A stretch of DNA of 63,949 nt, the filler included, from Intoshia linei (Eukaryota; Animalia; Orthonectida): assembly GCA_001642005.1 (NCBI GenBank). It is 14 parts of 14 records of this genome, joined end to end, with 100 filler letters (N's around TTAATTAATTAA, not from the genome) between each part and the next. Parts side by side here need not be neighbours in the genome. Positions count along the whole stretch, not along the records: positions 34,188 to 37,565 come from LWCA01002099.1; positions 37,666 to 39,355 come from LWCA01002525.1; positions 39,456 to 41,887 come from LWCA01002312.1; positions 41,988 to 45,167 come from LWCA01002130.1; positions 45,268 to 47,195 come from LWCA01002460.1; 9 more parts are not named here. One strand, given 5' to 3'. Both the position numbers and the translations under genes were made by a program. The notes below the pieces were generated by a model that saw nothing but the letters and a program-made list of their open reading frames with translations, ran no database searches and was not told where the DNA came from. Shown in pieces: positions 34,188 to 47,195 of this stretch (positions within the stretch are counted from its first letter, which is position 1; each line of letters starts with the position of its first letter).

Positions 34188-35042
34188 AAAAAGGCTTTTT
34201 TTCCTTAAAATTTCATTTATATCATTTAGATTGTTACTGTAAGTATAATAAATTGTAGGTGTATGTTGAGAATTATAAAATACAAAGTTATTTTTATATA
34301 ACAATTTTTTATCGTTATTTCTCTGATTATTCAGTCTTCGGCGCATGGTTTCATGCGATACGCCCATTAAAGAAGCAGAACCTCGTAATGAGATATTTTG
34401 TTTATCACACTGTCTCAGTTTTTCTGATAAATCATTATTACTTTCATTCGAATTCTTTGAATCATCACTAAATAAATATATGTAATAATTTTTCAAGTAA
34501 TTTTGAGTTTGGTTTTCAGTTATCTGTAACTTTTTAAAAGTTGATGGTTTTATTCTATTTTGACAATAACTATAAGGATTTTCAATAGTTGAAGGATCTG
34601 CCATGTTACCAATATCGTTCCTTTGAGCTTCTAAAAACTCAATATCCTATATTAGACTATTAGATTGATCAATTTTAGTACAATCGAAAATAGTATTCAA
34701 TTTATTTGAGAATAATTTAGATCGCATTGTTTGGGAACTTCTAGACACCTAAATATTATATAAATAACAAATGTTATAAAATAAATTATATTTTTACAAT
34801 TCTATATTCGTCATAAAATTTATTCAATTTTCTGTAAATTGCTAATTTAGTAATAATATTCAAACAGACTTTTTGTATATAGCCAGTATTTCTTTAGAAA
34901 TATCATTAAATACATATATTTGCTTATTTTTTTTTAAGTTCAATATTCTTTTTAGAATTTCTTTATATGTTGAAAATTTTGATGTATTAAATTTGATATC
35001 AATAAAAGGACCACAAAATATGTCTCCTTTTCTATTAGACAT
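34188..35042 (-). mobile_element. Probable N-terminal part of an hATm-like transposase
   Basis: DIEFLEAQRNDIGNM and HTH-like CDKQNISLRGSASLMGVSHETMRRRL. The frame is broken. Confidence 0.4.
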
Positions 35043-35749
35043 GTTTTGGTTTATTATTTTGTGATATTAAAATTTTAAATTAAATAACGGAATGAAACAA
35101 TCAACAAAAATGTATAAATAATTATGAATTTAAAATATTAAATTTCATTCAGCAAGATTAATTTTAATTAACAAAGATTAAAAATTAATATTCAGTAATG
35201 AAATAGCACAATATCAAAGGAAAATTTTTCGCTTCACTGAACATAAAATTGAATTACTCATTGTTGACTCAACAATAATCTAATTTCTTTATCAATTTTG
35301 ATTATGAATCTCTTGATAAAGATTAAATTTCATAGATTTAAAAATTGCCTTTAAGATAAAACATTAATTTTATTTTAATTATTTATTGTTTAAAATCATA
35401 CATTCTTGGTATATACAAATCGGAAAATATAAAGTCATTTATAGTATTTATATGTCAGTTTTTAATAAATTTTGATGATTTTATTAGAAATATACAAAAA
35501 TAAACTTAAATTTACAAATATTTTATCTAATTACTTAATTGATCACCGCAACGTCGTTACTTACTTTTTTCAAAAATGGTCTTTTACATCTTGGTTTGCA
35601 TTTAAAAATACATCTAGTCCACATGGTACATCTTTAAAAATATCAAAATTTAAAAACGATGTGACACCCTATTACATAGTAATAGTGAATTTATTGTTCA
35701 TTGTCTCTATTATCGATATATTGCGTGAATTATTGTTTCAATTATAATT

Positions 35750-36406
35750 ATTATTATAACCGACTAAGTGATTCTGGTTACATTGGACCGGATAGTAATA
35801 CACCTGAAATCAAAAAAGTCACAATGGATCGACCATTTTCGATCAAAACACTACACAATCGTGTCAAATTAAAGGAATTAGCTAAAATTTGTGGACCAGG
35901 TAGAGAGGTAAATGTTATTTAATCACATCTTATTATTTTTAGATTTTTTGGTTTATTAAAAAAGAACTTTTGCGTTTTTTCAAAGACATACTCGTATGAT
36001 CATTCACATTTCGATGTCGAATTTGACAATTGTGTGATTTTTACAATCGAACAAACGAATTAATTCGAAAAAATCGATTAACCAGTGAAGATTATTTTTA
36101 TAAGTACCTTTTAGCGATTAGTTTTATTTTTGAATAGTTGTGGAATAAACAGATTATCGTCTGTTTAACATAATCTATAAAAGTGCATCTTCAGGATTAA
36201 CTTAAATAATTATTATAATACAATGGAGATATACGTACAATCTACATTAGAGCTATTCCATTTAAATTAATTTATATTTATATTATTAGGTGATTTCGAA
36301 GGCTCGCGAAAAACACGAATTATCGAGATTGCGACAAAATGAAAGATGTCAGAAATATAGGGAAGCAAAAAGATTACGTCTTTCGTTAAATAGTACAATT
36401 CCTTAA
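35750..36406 (+). CDS. Uncharacterised spliced gene, 3' exons
   Basis: ...DSGYIGPDSNTPEIKKVTMDRPFSIKTLHNRVKLKELAKICGPGRE | 35-nt intron | IFWFIKKELLRFFKDIL | VISKAREKHELSRLRQNERCQKYREAKRLRLSLNSTIP*. All junctions are phase 0. No family recognised. Confidence 0.4.
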
Positions 36407-36594
36407 TTTTGTCATTTTTTTGTAATTTATATTTAAATATTAATTGTAAATACACATTTCAATTAGTTAACATCACTAAAGCACTCATCATTGTTGCATA
36501 ATTACAATTTAAAAATTGTAACAATATTTTAATATGCGCATATAATTTCGAAATTACTGAATAATTTTGCAATGACTGAATGTTATTTATAATA

Positions 36595-37284
36595 CAGTCT
36601 AAGTCCTATTTAACGGAATTATTTTAAAAATTAAAATTATTAAATATAGCTATGAAGAGATATATTTCTTTATTGGAGATTGTGAATACTAAATAAATAC
36701 ATGTGAATGTTTATAATGAATTATAATAGTTATTCAAATAAGTGGGGTAGAGAGAAGCTATTTTTATATTTTTTTAATATCGCTCAATAAAATAAAATTT
36801 ACAAAATGTTAATTCTAGTTACTGAAATTTAAAAAATTATTTACATTTACATTAATATTTTTTATTTATAAATTTATCGGATTTTTGAAAATATTGGAAT
36901 ATTTTGGTTTGCTTTTTTTATTTGAGGTAATCTTGTGACATTTGGTTTCAAGGGTATAAATATCAATTAGAGCCGATGGAGAGATCCTTGAGGTCATGAC
37001 TTTTATTTTTTTAATTAAACTTAGATATTCTGATAACTCTGGATATGTTATATTTTCACATACTATATTATCTATCTTGGGCTCTTTGATTTCTTCTACT
37101 GTTAACTCTTCTAATTCTTTACAATTATAATTAATAATAATATAATTATTCTGCTCTCCAATTTTTAATTCAAATAATTCAAATCTTTATAAAATCAGAA
37201 AACATATTTTAAGAGTAAAATTTTAGTTAACGGAATTTTTGGTTTGTCAAAATTTTGGAATTCCGTTAAATAAGACTTAGACTG
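36595..37284. mobile_element. pogo/Tigger-type MITE, 24-bp TIR, TA TSD
   Basis: CAGTCTAAGTCCTATTTAACGGAA versus the reverse complement of TTCCGTTAAATAAGACTTAGACTG (1 mismatch). TA on both sides. Related ends at 31987 and ~45403. Confidence 0.88.
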
Positions 37285-37665
37285 TATCTCGCTATTTTTC
37301 TTAACTACACGATATTTATAAGTTTATTGCGTGTAATTAGGTATTTCGTCTGTAATTGAATTATTATTCAATTTCTTATCAATATATGTATATTAGGGTG
37401 TCAATTTTTCCATTTTTTTGCGAAAATACAAAGGTGCCACTCCATACGTGGAAAATGGGGTTGAATGATACACAATTATCAAAAAATTATATAATAAGGA
37501 TTAAAAAAAACCCTGGGGCAAAGCACTTCACAATATGAATAATGAGCAAAATTTAATTTATTTTGNNNNNNNNNNNNNNNNNNNNNNNNNNNNNNNNNNN
37601 NNNNNNNNNTTAATTAATTAANNNNNNNNNNNNNNNNNNNNNNNNNNNNNNNNNNNNNNNNNNNN

Positions 37666-38200
37666 CTCCTATGTAGAATTTTCCATTCCAAATTAACCAT
37701 AATACAAATTCATAATTAAAATTTGGACTGATAGCGTTAGGACACAAAATGTCATCCATATATATTCTTAACAATCTATCTAAAATATGGCGCTGGCAGC
37801 CATAATATTAAACATTTTAATTGGATACGTTATCATTTAACATTTTTATCACCCTATTTTCCCCCTGTATTGACGTTGCATGTATTGCATATAATCATGT
37901 AAATATTTTATGCTACACTACACATTTCAATGGTATCTTTTATAGCACAGAAAATTGTGGCTGCAGTTTAAATTTTTAAATGAATTGGAAATGAATGAAT
38001 TCATTTAAATGAACATCAATTGGAATGCTTCCATTTTCTTCGCATTGGACGTATATCACCAATTACTCAACTACTTGATTTGACAAATTCTTACATCGAC
38101 GACCATCAAAATATACTCATTTTTTTATCCGATATTGAATATTTGTATTTGTTATTTAATACTACTCATTTTACTTTAATTATTTAATGCTGACATGATG
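37666..38200 (-). mobile_element. Second hATm-like transposase relic (catalytic core)
   Basis: FDGRRCKNLSNQVVE, TAATIFCAIKDTIE, ICNTCNVNTG and YYGCQRHILDRLLR. Confidence 0.6.
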
Positions 38201-39481
38201 TTTGTAATTATAATACTAGACTAATTTTTACTAAGGCTAAGAGAGATTCCATTGTGTAAAACACCCTACTGACCATATTTTTGTCGTACTAAAAGCAGTA
38301 CTTTTATTGCTTAGAAACAAAATATATTTTTGATTAATTTTTTAATAGAAAAATGAACATTTAAGTTAAAGTTCAATTTATAAGTTTATTTAGTTTTGAA
38401 AAGTACGTCGAAAGTACGACTTTGGACATCTTCATGGTCAAAGTTCCTGATTCAAAAATGTTTTATAAATTTTAACTTTATAAATAATATAATTCATTCT
38501 TTTATTGAATTACAATCCGACCCCGGTTTGGGGCGAACCTCGGCAGCGGGGAACCCCCACCTTTTGGGGAACTTTTTAAATATTTTATTAGTTTCATAGT
38601 ATTATGTAATATTAAAAGTAAATTACTGTTAAAAGTTAATTTACGTTATTTTGATAGCAAATACTTTATTTTAGTGGCTCATACTTTATTTTATAGTGGA
38701 ATCTCCATTATACATACAAGCAAATTGCACAATAATTTTGTGCTATTTTTGTTATAACAAAGACAAATTTAAATTACAATTAATAAAGATAATTTGGCGC
38801 CACATTTAAAAACTAACGATAATGAAAATTAAGAAAAAGTCTATAAATTTGTTTAATAAAATCAAAATAATTGATGAGGTGGAATCAGGAATTATATACA
38901 AAAATTGTAGTTTAAATGTAAATATGAATAAATTATATCTTTTTTATTCTTATTGTATAAATTATTATTCCATTATCGATTACTGTACATCAGTGATTCT
39001 CAAATATGGCCCTTTTTATATTTTTCGTGATCCGCCGAATATTTTTAATAATTTGAATTTACCGATATTTCAATTATAAACCACAAAAAAATCAATTCTC
39101 ATTAATTGTCAACTACTCTTATAAATTTTATATTGATAAATCTGACCCTTCTGAAAAAAGGTTGAGAACCCAAATTGAAAATTAGAAACTATTTTCTATT
39201 GCAAAAATAAATAATTAAACATTTGTGTTAATATTCACTTGATTTTTAATTCATATTCATATTGTACAGAAACCACTGTATATACTTTATTTTAGTAATA
39301 CGTACTTTATTATAAAAGTGAAAAAAGAATTTTAAAAATTAGAAACTAAATATTTNNNNNNNNNNNNNNNNNNNNNNNNNNNNNNNNNNNNNNNNNNNNT
39401 TAATTAATTAANNNNNNNNNNNNNNNNNNNNNNNNNNNNNNNNNNNNNNNNNNNNAAATTTATAAAAAATTACACATTTAG

Positions 39482-39980
39482 CTACATCACTTTAATAAAT
39501 GATGTGGGACACATGTCAATAGTACAAATTGGTGGAATTTATGAACCTCAAAATTCATTAAATCAATCTTCAATGTCTATAGATGTGAATGAAATGAAAA
39601 ATCAAACTAAATCTCCTTTATTATTTGAAAGAAAGGATATTTGGAGTTTTATGTGGGCTAAAGTAATTTTTTTATTCTTTATACGTCTATTTAAATTATA
39701 GGACAAAATTAACATGTTTTGTGTATTGGAGAAATTTAAATTAAACGTTTACGATGAATTTTCAAATATAGTAAGTAATACAAGTATATATTATTCTATT
39801 AATTCATATTTATTCTAAATATTTTCAAATAATATAAATCTCAATTTAAAATTTTAGCAATCTTTTCCTTGTTCGTTTGTAGAAATTGTCAGTTTTACCG
39901 ATTTAACAATTAAAGTTACAAATTTTGACAATGAAAATGTGTATACCAAACACTGGATGGATTCAATTGTAGAATATAAT
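39482..39980 (+). CDS. WDR35: WDR35/IFT121 (IFT-A) internal exons 39482-39662, 39702-39770, 39858-39980
   Basis: LLFERKDIWSFMWAK|DKINMFCVLEKFKLNVY...IVSFTDLTIKV compared with WDR35 [30 protein letters not shown]...ICNFEDLEIKS. Confidence 0.8.
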
Positions 39981-41987
39981 GTAATTTACACTACATTGTA
40001 ATATTAACAGTTAGTTTTAATAATTTATGTGATAAAGTAACATCAATAAAAATAAAATATACATTTGTAATGTCAGAGATAAATACAAATAATATCTTAG
40101 AACGATTATATATTTCAATTAAACTTTCAAATTTAACTAATTATACCTTTTAAAAAAATTAAATATACCATTAATAATGAACAAATTCGAAGCTTTTATG
40201 ATGTTTCATGCATATTTTTAAATTAAAATGCATTTCTTTAAAAATAATATGTGAATAATAAAATATTGCCTGTATTGAAAAAGTTTAAATGGCGCAAATA
40301 TAAATTTTACATCAATTTAAAATGTTTATTGATGTTTTACTTAAATTTTATTGGTAGATACTTTTCCCTTTTTTGATGTAAGAAATATACATTTAAGCCT
40401 TTTTAAATGCCTTTAAATGTTTTAATAAATTCATACCAAAAATATTTTCAAAAACTATTTAAAAAATTAGACAAGAGTAAAATATTAATAATATTATTAC
40501 AATTTAATTATAGATTTGAGATAATATTTTCATGTAACCCAGTTACCACAGTAACTTAATCTATCTTAGCGCAATTTGTAGGTTTTTGACAACAGGTAAT
40601 ATTTATTTTATTTTGTGTTAAATACGTGTCTTATTTTTTGTTTATTATCCTAAAATTCGATGCAAAGTTTGGTAAAGATAATAATACTCATTATTGTATC
40701 ATTTTTTTAAATATTAATATTACAATTGTATGCAAGTTTTATTTATTCATTTTAATTATATTTATTTAGTTATCAAATGATATTTTATTGAATTTGGATG
40801 GTACCGAATTGAATAAAGAAAATGTTTCGTTTGAGAAGGAAAAAACAAATAAAATGTGGTGGTATTCTTTTATTTCAATATTGCTAAATTCTCATTTCCA
40901 TCCAATTTCATCAAATTTTAATAAGTTTTAGTGATATTATTTGATACCAAACAGTTAAAATTGAAATAGAAAGGATAATATTCTATTTTTATATTATTCA
41001 TATTTCCTATTTATACTTATATTATTCCAATTATCCTGATAGCTTTATCGATAGTCATCAGTTTTAAAAATGACAATATACTATTTCAGGTTGGTCCAAA
41101 TTGCAACACACTAATGAATTTTTGGGATTGATATTTGTTTTAATATGTTGATCAGAAAAAATAATTTAGAATTTGCGATTTTGAAATTATGGGACTGTTA
41201 GTTTTCTAAAGAAATGGGTAGTAGGCGTTGATTACGCAAATGCATTAATTAAGAATAATTATGTAGTGACGAACCTACCGTATCCGTGACCATCTTCGGC
41301 GGACGAAATGTTTGTAAAATTGTGTCCTTATTTTTCCAAATTGAGCATTAAAAAAATATTCTTGAATATCATAACTACATAAAGGTATTTTTTTGTGTTA
41401 AACTTAAAATATCAAGTCAAGAGGCTTAGAGAGAGATGTAGCTAGGTCTATATGACACTATGCATCGTTGATGATTTTTTTAAGGGCCTTTATCATTTTC
41501 GGGTGGCTTCGAGCTTTTTGCTCGAGCGTTTGGCTCTGAAGAAATGTATTGTATAAGTGAGAATAATTATCATCTCTATTGTTTAAACTAATATAAGCAC
41601 TGGTGTGTTTGATACTCAATGTGCAATGCACATTAATATTTTTTTTTAAAAATACTAATATGTGAGTTTGAAAAATATGGCTCATCAATTTTCTAAATTA
41701 AATGTTTTGAGTCCTAATTCGATTGTATCAATCTAAACTATTTCATTAATTCGAATATCTAATGGTAGCTTAATTTATTCACATTATTCGAAAAAGAATT
41801 AAAAAAAAATTTAATCTTAAAAAAAACCACTTTATCAATATTTTTGATTGATTTTGAAAATTTTAATTTAATTTGATATAATTTTGTNNNNNNNNNNNNN
41901 NNNNNNNNNNNNNNNNNNNNNNNNNNNNNNNTTAATTAATTAANNNNNNNNNNNNNNNNNNNNNNNNNNNNNNNNNNNNNNNNNNNN

Positions 41988-42073
41988 CATATATTTTTTT
42001 TCAAAAATATTTTATTAAAACAAAAAATGTGAAATAATTAACGCTCCGAAAATTAACATAACAGTCAACCTAG
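41988..42073 (+). mobile_element. Helitron-family deleted copy joining body sequence to the CTAG 3' end
   Basis: 41988-42056 matches 46430-46498, then continues CATAACAGTCAACCTAG|T as at 60158-60175. Confidence 0.75.
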
Positions 42074-42184
42074 TGCTAATTAAATATAGATTAATTAAAA
42101 GAATTAAACTTTAATTTATTTCTAAATCTCTCAATTTGCGATGCATATATAGAATGTATACATTGTAAAATGCACACTGCACTG

Positions 42185-42420
42185 CAGTGTCGAACCTACA
42201 ATACCAGAGAACCCCTCTTCGGGGGCCTCGACGAAATTTTTGGCCTCATTTCTCCAAATTCACAGCAATTTTGTGTGTTAAGTTTAAAATATCACGCCAA
42301 GAGCGTTAGAGAGGTGACTGTGGATATATGACACTACGTATGCCATGGTATGATATGCCATCGCATGTAAAAAATTTTTAATTTTGGATGACCTCGAACT
42401 TGATAGGTTCAGCTCTCCCT
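42185..42420. repeat. Small TIR element / dispersed repeat related to 41264-41470
   Basis: Both begin (C/T)AGTG.CGAACCTAC and share TGTGTTAA..TTAAAATATCA..CAAGAG..TTAGAGAG...TATGACACTA. Confidence 0.5.
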
Positions 42421-42649
42421 AATGTACAATTTACAATGCTTATTAATACAATTAAAATCAATTAATAAATTGTATATTGTAGATACATATATAAAATAGA
42501 ATCAATTATAGTGCAAAATTTATATTACAAATACTATACTTGTAAATATCCCCTGTAAATGTCTCCGTAAAATAGATTCGGAGTTAAAAATGAGTTACAT
42601 TTACAAAATATACGTCACTTTTTACACAAAATTTAAATTTAAATATTAC

Positions 42650-44620
42650 TGTTTTAACATCAATCTTTTCATTATTAATCAGGTCGTAAAGATAAGATAT
42701 TATTGCATACTTTTTAAAGTATGTGTATTGCTGTGAAGCTTGAACCAATGTTAGACCACCCCAAAATACACTGTCTCCAAAAATACGGCTAATTTATTTA
42801 AATTAAAATTTAATTTTTAATTAATTAATTGTATATACAATACTATCGTTTAGATTCGTCAAACATTGTTAATCACATTACCATTTTTATTAACATAACA
42901 ATTTTCACATCAACCAAGATAATAAATTAATAACAAACAAAAAATAAAATAAATTAAACGAAATCAAAATAACTATATTTCAGTCAAAATAGCTACCCCA
43001 CAGTCAAATCTAATTGTCCACCGTCGAATATAATAAAATCATTATTCATTTACATAACGTATTTATATAAAGTTACATTACAACTATCTAATATAATTTG
43101 TACATTATATTGTACAGTGCGCGCAATAAACATAGGTCCCACCGATTTATATCATTTTTTAGTCTATTAACATTAATTTTCATGAATAATTCATCTCTAT
43201 TAAAAAAGTTATTAAAAATATGCTTGTTGATACCATTATTTTTCTTCTGTCACCTTTATATGAAAAGTTATCACACAAATCGCTAATTAGCCACATTAGC
43301 TAATTAATCAACAAGCGTACTTTTTAATACCTTTTTTAATAGAGATGAAATATTCATGAAAATGAATAATAATAGACCAAAAAATAATATAAATCAGTTG
43401 AACCTATGTTTATTGCGCGCACTGTACAGCTCAATATAAATACATACATACCTGTATTGTTGTACATTGTACATATGTAATTATATTTTAATGCTTCAAA
43501 ATTGACTATCATAATGAATCATCTTTTTGGTTTCTTTATTATAGAACTGAGGAAAAAAATTAGACAAAACTGAGGAGCTATCAAACTAATCACAATAAGC
43601 CTTTTGATTCAAAATTAAAATGTTTGACGACTATAACCTCATATAAAAATTACTCTTCTTTAGATGCATTTAAGCTTACTAGTGTGTAATATGTAATAGC
43701 ATTCCATATACCACTAAAAGTTAAACCTTGATGCTTAAATTGACTTGTATTTGCCGCAAACATTATGTCCTTTATCGAGACAGATAAAACGTTCAATATA
43801 CTTGATATATCTAATGTAAAACTTTTTGATAAATCTTCTTGCCAACTTTTAATAGTTTCCAACTAAGAACATATTACATATTTCGAATTGACAACGGGTA
43901 TAGTCATTATATAGTTTTTATCGAAACCTTTTTAATTCTACCAAACACGGGTTTTAGTATGGTTAAATTTAAAAAGTCGTTTTATAATTCTCAATAACTT
44001 TTTTCTTCCAAAAAACACATTAATATGGTTAAATAAACCATCAGAAAATCAGTTAAATGTAAAATATAATGTAATATTTACCGTATGAGCTGTCAAGGTT
44101 TTGTCTAGTTGGGAAGCAGAATGAAAATTAAAACAGCTCAAATCCATTGGTTCTTGTTCGATATTCCATTCTAGTTTTATTTCAGTTATGAATTAAATAA
44201 ATAATAATATTAATTATTACTTTTGAATTTATCCGGTATATATTGCCATATTAATTGATATTTAGATATTTGCCATTTTTTCTAAATAAAAAAATTGTAT
44301 CTTTAGCAAGTTCTAGAATCTAGATTCCAGATCAAATAAAGTTAACCATACACAGAAACTACGTTATTTCAAGACATTTATAAAACAATTTTGGAAAAAG
44401 TAAACCTAGTTTTAAATTAGGAGGACTTTGGCCACAGTAGTTTAAACTTTGATAATGTATCCTTTTATAATTTCAATATAAATGAAAATTACAATGGCCG
44501 AATTGATAGAGTTACATATAACAATGAAATTTCCTAATTCTGCAAACACAAACAAAACATTTGCCATTTCCTTATAGATTACTATATCTTTTAATTGAGC
44601 TTTAAAATACATACTAACGC
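42650..44620 (-). CDS. CYFIP: Divergent CYFIP/Sra-1-like protein, C-terminal exons (44493-44620, ~44082-44175, 43654-43862, 42650-42788)
   Basis: GVSMYFKAQLKDIVIYKEMANVLFVFAELGNFIVIC resembles CYFIP [47 protein letters not shown] resembles FHRLWSAMQF. IFGDSVFWGGLTLVQASQQ resembles [20 protein letters not shown]. Motifs are colinear and the last three exons are phase-compatible. Confidence 0.75.
43115..43424. mobile_element. Tc1/mariner MITE with ~120-bp TIRs and TA TSD, in a CYFIP intron
   Basis: TA|CAGTGCGCGCAATAAACATAGGT ... ACCTATGTTTATTGCGCGCACTG|TA. Confidence 0.9.
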
Positions 44621-44789
44621 CTAAAAATAATTAAAAATAAAATACATCCTAAGTTAAATCGAAAATAACACAGTATAGTCAATATCGAATAAAGTATGTC
44701 GTGTTTTTAAAAGTTGAGCACTTATAAGAAGAATTTTCAGAATCCCTGTTAAACTGTTATACAAACGTAATAAATACATTAGTAAATAA

Positions 44790-45167
44790 TAGGGCTCGCA
44801 AAAAACCGAAAATTTTAAAACCGATTTTATTCGACTATCATTTATATAAAACCGATTAAAAACCGGTTTTCAAAATTTTTAAGGACATAAATCCAAAGGA
44901 GACACGAATACAATAATATTTATTGTCACAAAAAACAATCTTAATCTTCTTAATCCTTTACAAATTTAATCAACCTTCCGAACTTGCTGGATGATCCACA
45001 TCTTTTTGGAAACAATCTTTTAAGAAACACAATGCATTGAGCGTTTTACCAGAGAGACTTGTTCTAATTTTTGTGTTGAATAATCTTGTAATTGAAAAAG
45101 CTCTTTCTGACTAGATGCTGGTCGCTTTGATTGTAAGCAATGCTCTATAAATTTTCTCAAGGCTTTT
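44790..45167 (-). mobile_element. hAT element 3' end with transposase C-terminal dimerisation domain
   Basis: ALLTIKATSI*SERAFSITRLFNTKIRTSLSGKTLNALCFLK. Terminus TAGGGCT with AAACCG subterminal repeats. Confidence 0.8.
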
Positions 45168-46005
45168 NNNNNNNNNNNNNNNNNNNNNNNNNNNNNNNNN
45201 NNNNNNNNNNNTTAATTAATTAANNNNNNNNNNNNNNNNNNNNNNNNNNNNNNNNNNNNNNNNNNNNCGCGTTCGTTAATCAAAAATTCGTTAAATACCA
45301 GATATTTAGGCATTTATATAGTAAATAAAACTTCGACGTTCGTTAAATGAAATAATCGTTAAAATTTAACGTTAAACATTTAAATTAAATAAGATTTTGA
45401 CTGTAGTACGTATTTTTCTGGCCACTTTAGTTAATAATATTAATATTGTTGTTTACAAACAAACCGTTGAATGAATAAATTTGAAAATGAATAAAATTCG
45501 CTCTTTATAATATTGTTTCGAAAGAGATGAATTTACCAATTAATTAATAGATAATAATTAGAATTATGAAAATCACTCCAATAAAAAAAATTTCAATTTA
45601 TATCGAAATTAATAAAATTTAAAATTATAATTTTTATCTTAATTAAAGCCATTAAAATCTCAAAACGCCCCAAATTTTGAAATCACCCCAGTGACGTTAC
45701 CGCCCGTTGAACACACCTGGGTTAGACCGTATTTATATATTTTTATTACTATTTAGAATCAACTATAATGAATTTGGGTGAGCAATTAATTACATTTAGC
45801 TTACCTCTTGCAAAAAATGGGTAACAAGTTTGTATTTTCTTTTTACAGCAATATATTGTATTATTTAGATTAGCTTCAACTCTGACAGATAAAAACGGCG
45901 CAGTATATTATGTTTTAAAAGTTTATGTTGGAGAAGTCAATATTATTAATCAGTCAATAAATATTATAGCTTCCCTCAGTCCTCTATCAAGATGGGTATA
46001 TTTAA

Positions 46006-46910
46006 TCCTTACTTATATAATATGATACGCAATATTTGTTTGTGTGTGTGTTTTACTTTATTTCAATAAAAGTCCATATTTCAATTACAGTTTTTTCCAG
46101 GGTGTTAGCAAAATAAATTTCAACCTATCAAACTCATATCTTACGGGTTAAAAACCCCAATTGTCCTTCTTTTTGAAAATCAAACGAGTTGGAGAATTTA
46201 AAAAGTATATACGCTGATACGGTTTTAAAATCATAAACATTATCTATAATTTAAATTTAAAAAAAATTATATCTGCAGGGCCAAAACCACAAATTACCCT
46301 TATTTTTTATGAAAACACCCCTATAATTTAAAAAAATTTACAAATGGTACAGTTATATCCTGTTAACACCCACAAAAAATTTAAATCCGAATAAGTGACG
46401 ACTTCACGGTCAAAAAAGCATTTTAGTAGTCATATATATTTTTTCGAAATATTTTATTAAAACAACAAATGTGAAATAATTAACGGTGCGAAAATTAAAA
46501 AAGAAAAAATTATTCTGATAGAGCTTTTCCAGTTGATATAAATACAAAATTTCAACTTCAGAAATTAACGCATTCCTGGTGAAAAATAATTTTTAATATA
46601 TTGTCAACCAATATTTTTCCAATATTTTGATTAAAATCAAAAATTGAAAATGTAAATATTGATCCTACAATTTCGAAAAAAATGTGTATTATACGTCTAC
46701 ACATTTCCAATGAAGACATATGGGTGACAATTTATATAATTCATTCCTTCGGAATTTTTTTCATTGCTACACACACAATTTTTAAATTTCACATTTTCAT
46801 TTTCCAAACATTTTGTATAAAATTTAAATAAAAACTACACCAACGACTACTAAAAGTAATACAATTTTGTTGTTATCATTTTTATATTTATTACAATCCT
46901 TTGCAATATT
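46006..46910 (+). mobile_element. Helitron-like element 5' part (A|TC start)
   Basis: Starts A|TCCTTACTTATATAATATG...TTTGTTTGTGTGTGTG. Homology with 61311 starts at the same TC. Confidence 0.75.
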
Positions 46911-46914
46911 GGTA

Positions 46915-47195
46915 AAATTCACCAGAAATATGTTTATAAAGTGCTGATTCCTATCATTTCTATATTTTTCTACAGTTTCAGAAAATAATTCTTTCCATTC
47001 TTTTATTTTAGACTCGCTTACTAATTTAGATTCTCTTACAATTTTTTTTGATTTAATGGAATTTCTGGTTAAAAAAAGAATTAAAACAACCAGTAGAGGC
47101 TTAAAATCGTTCAAATTCAAAATATTGGCAATTTCCAGCGTCATTTCTTTCAATATATTGCCACTTATACTTATATTTAATGTCCGTTGACGTTG
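46915..47195 (-). mobile_element. pogo/Tigger transposase relic (CENP-B-type HTH)
   Basis: QRTLNISISGNILKEMTLEIANILNLNDFK...FLTRNSIKSKKIVRES...IKEWK. Confidence 0.75.

Noticed and set aside
38515-38575. GC-rich hairpin-like stretch, possible ncRNA or terminator
   Set aside because: It has no tRNA or snRNA features. Similar GC palindromes occur in hAT MITE subtermini (19385-19410, 42210-42230, 51355-51390).
45756-45995. Possible exon QYIVLFRLASTLTDKNGAVYYVLKVYVGEVNIINQSINIIASLSPLSRW
   Set aside because: It has plausible splice sites, but I could not join it in frame to neighbours or recognise a family.
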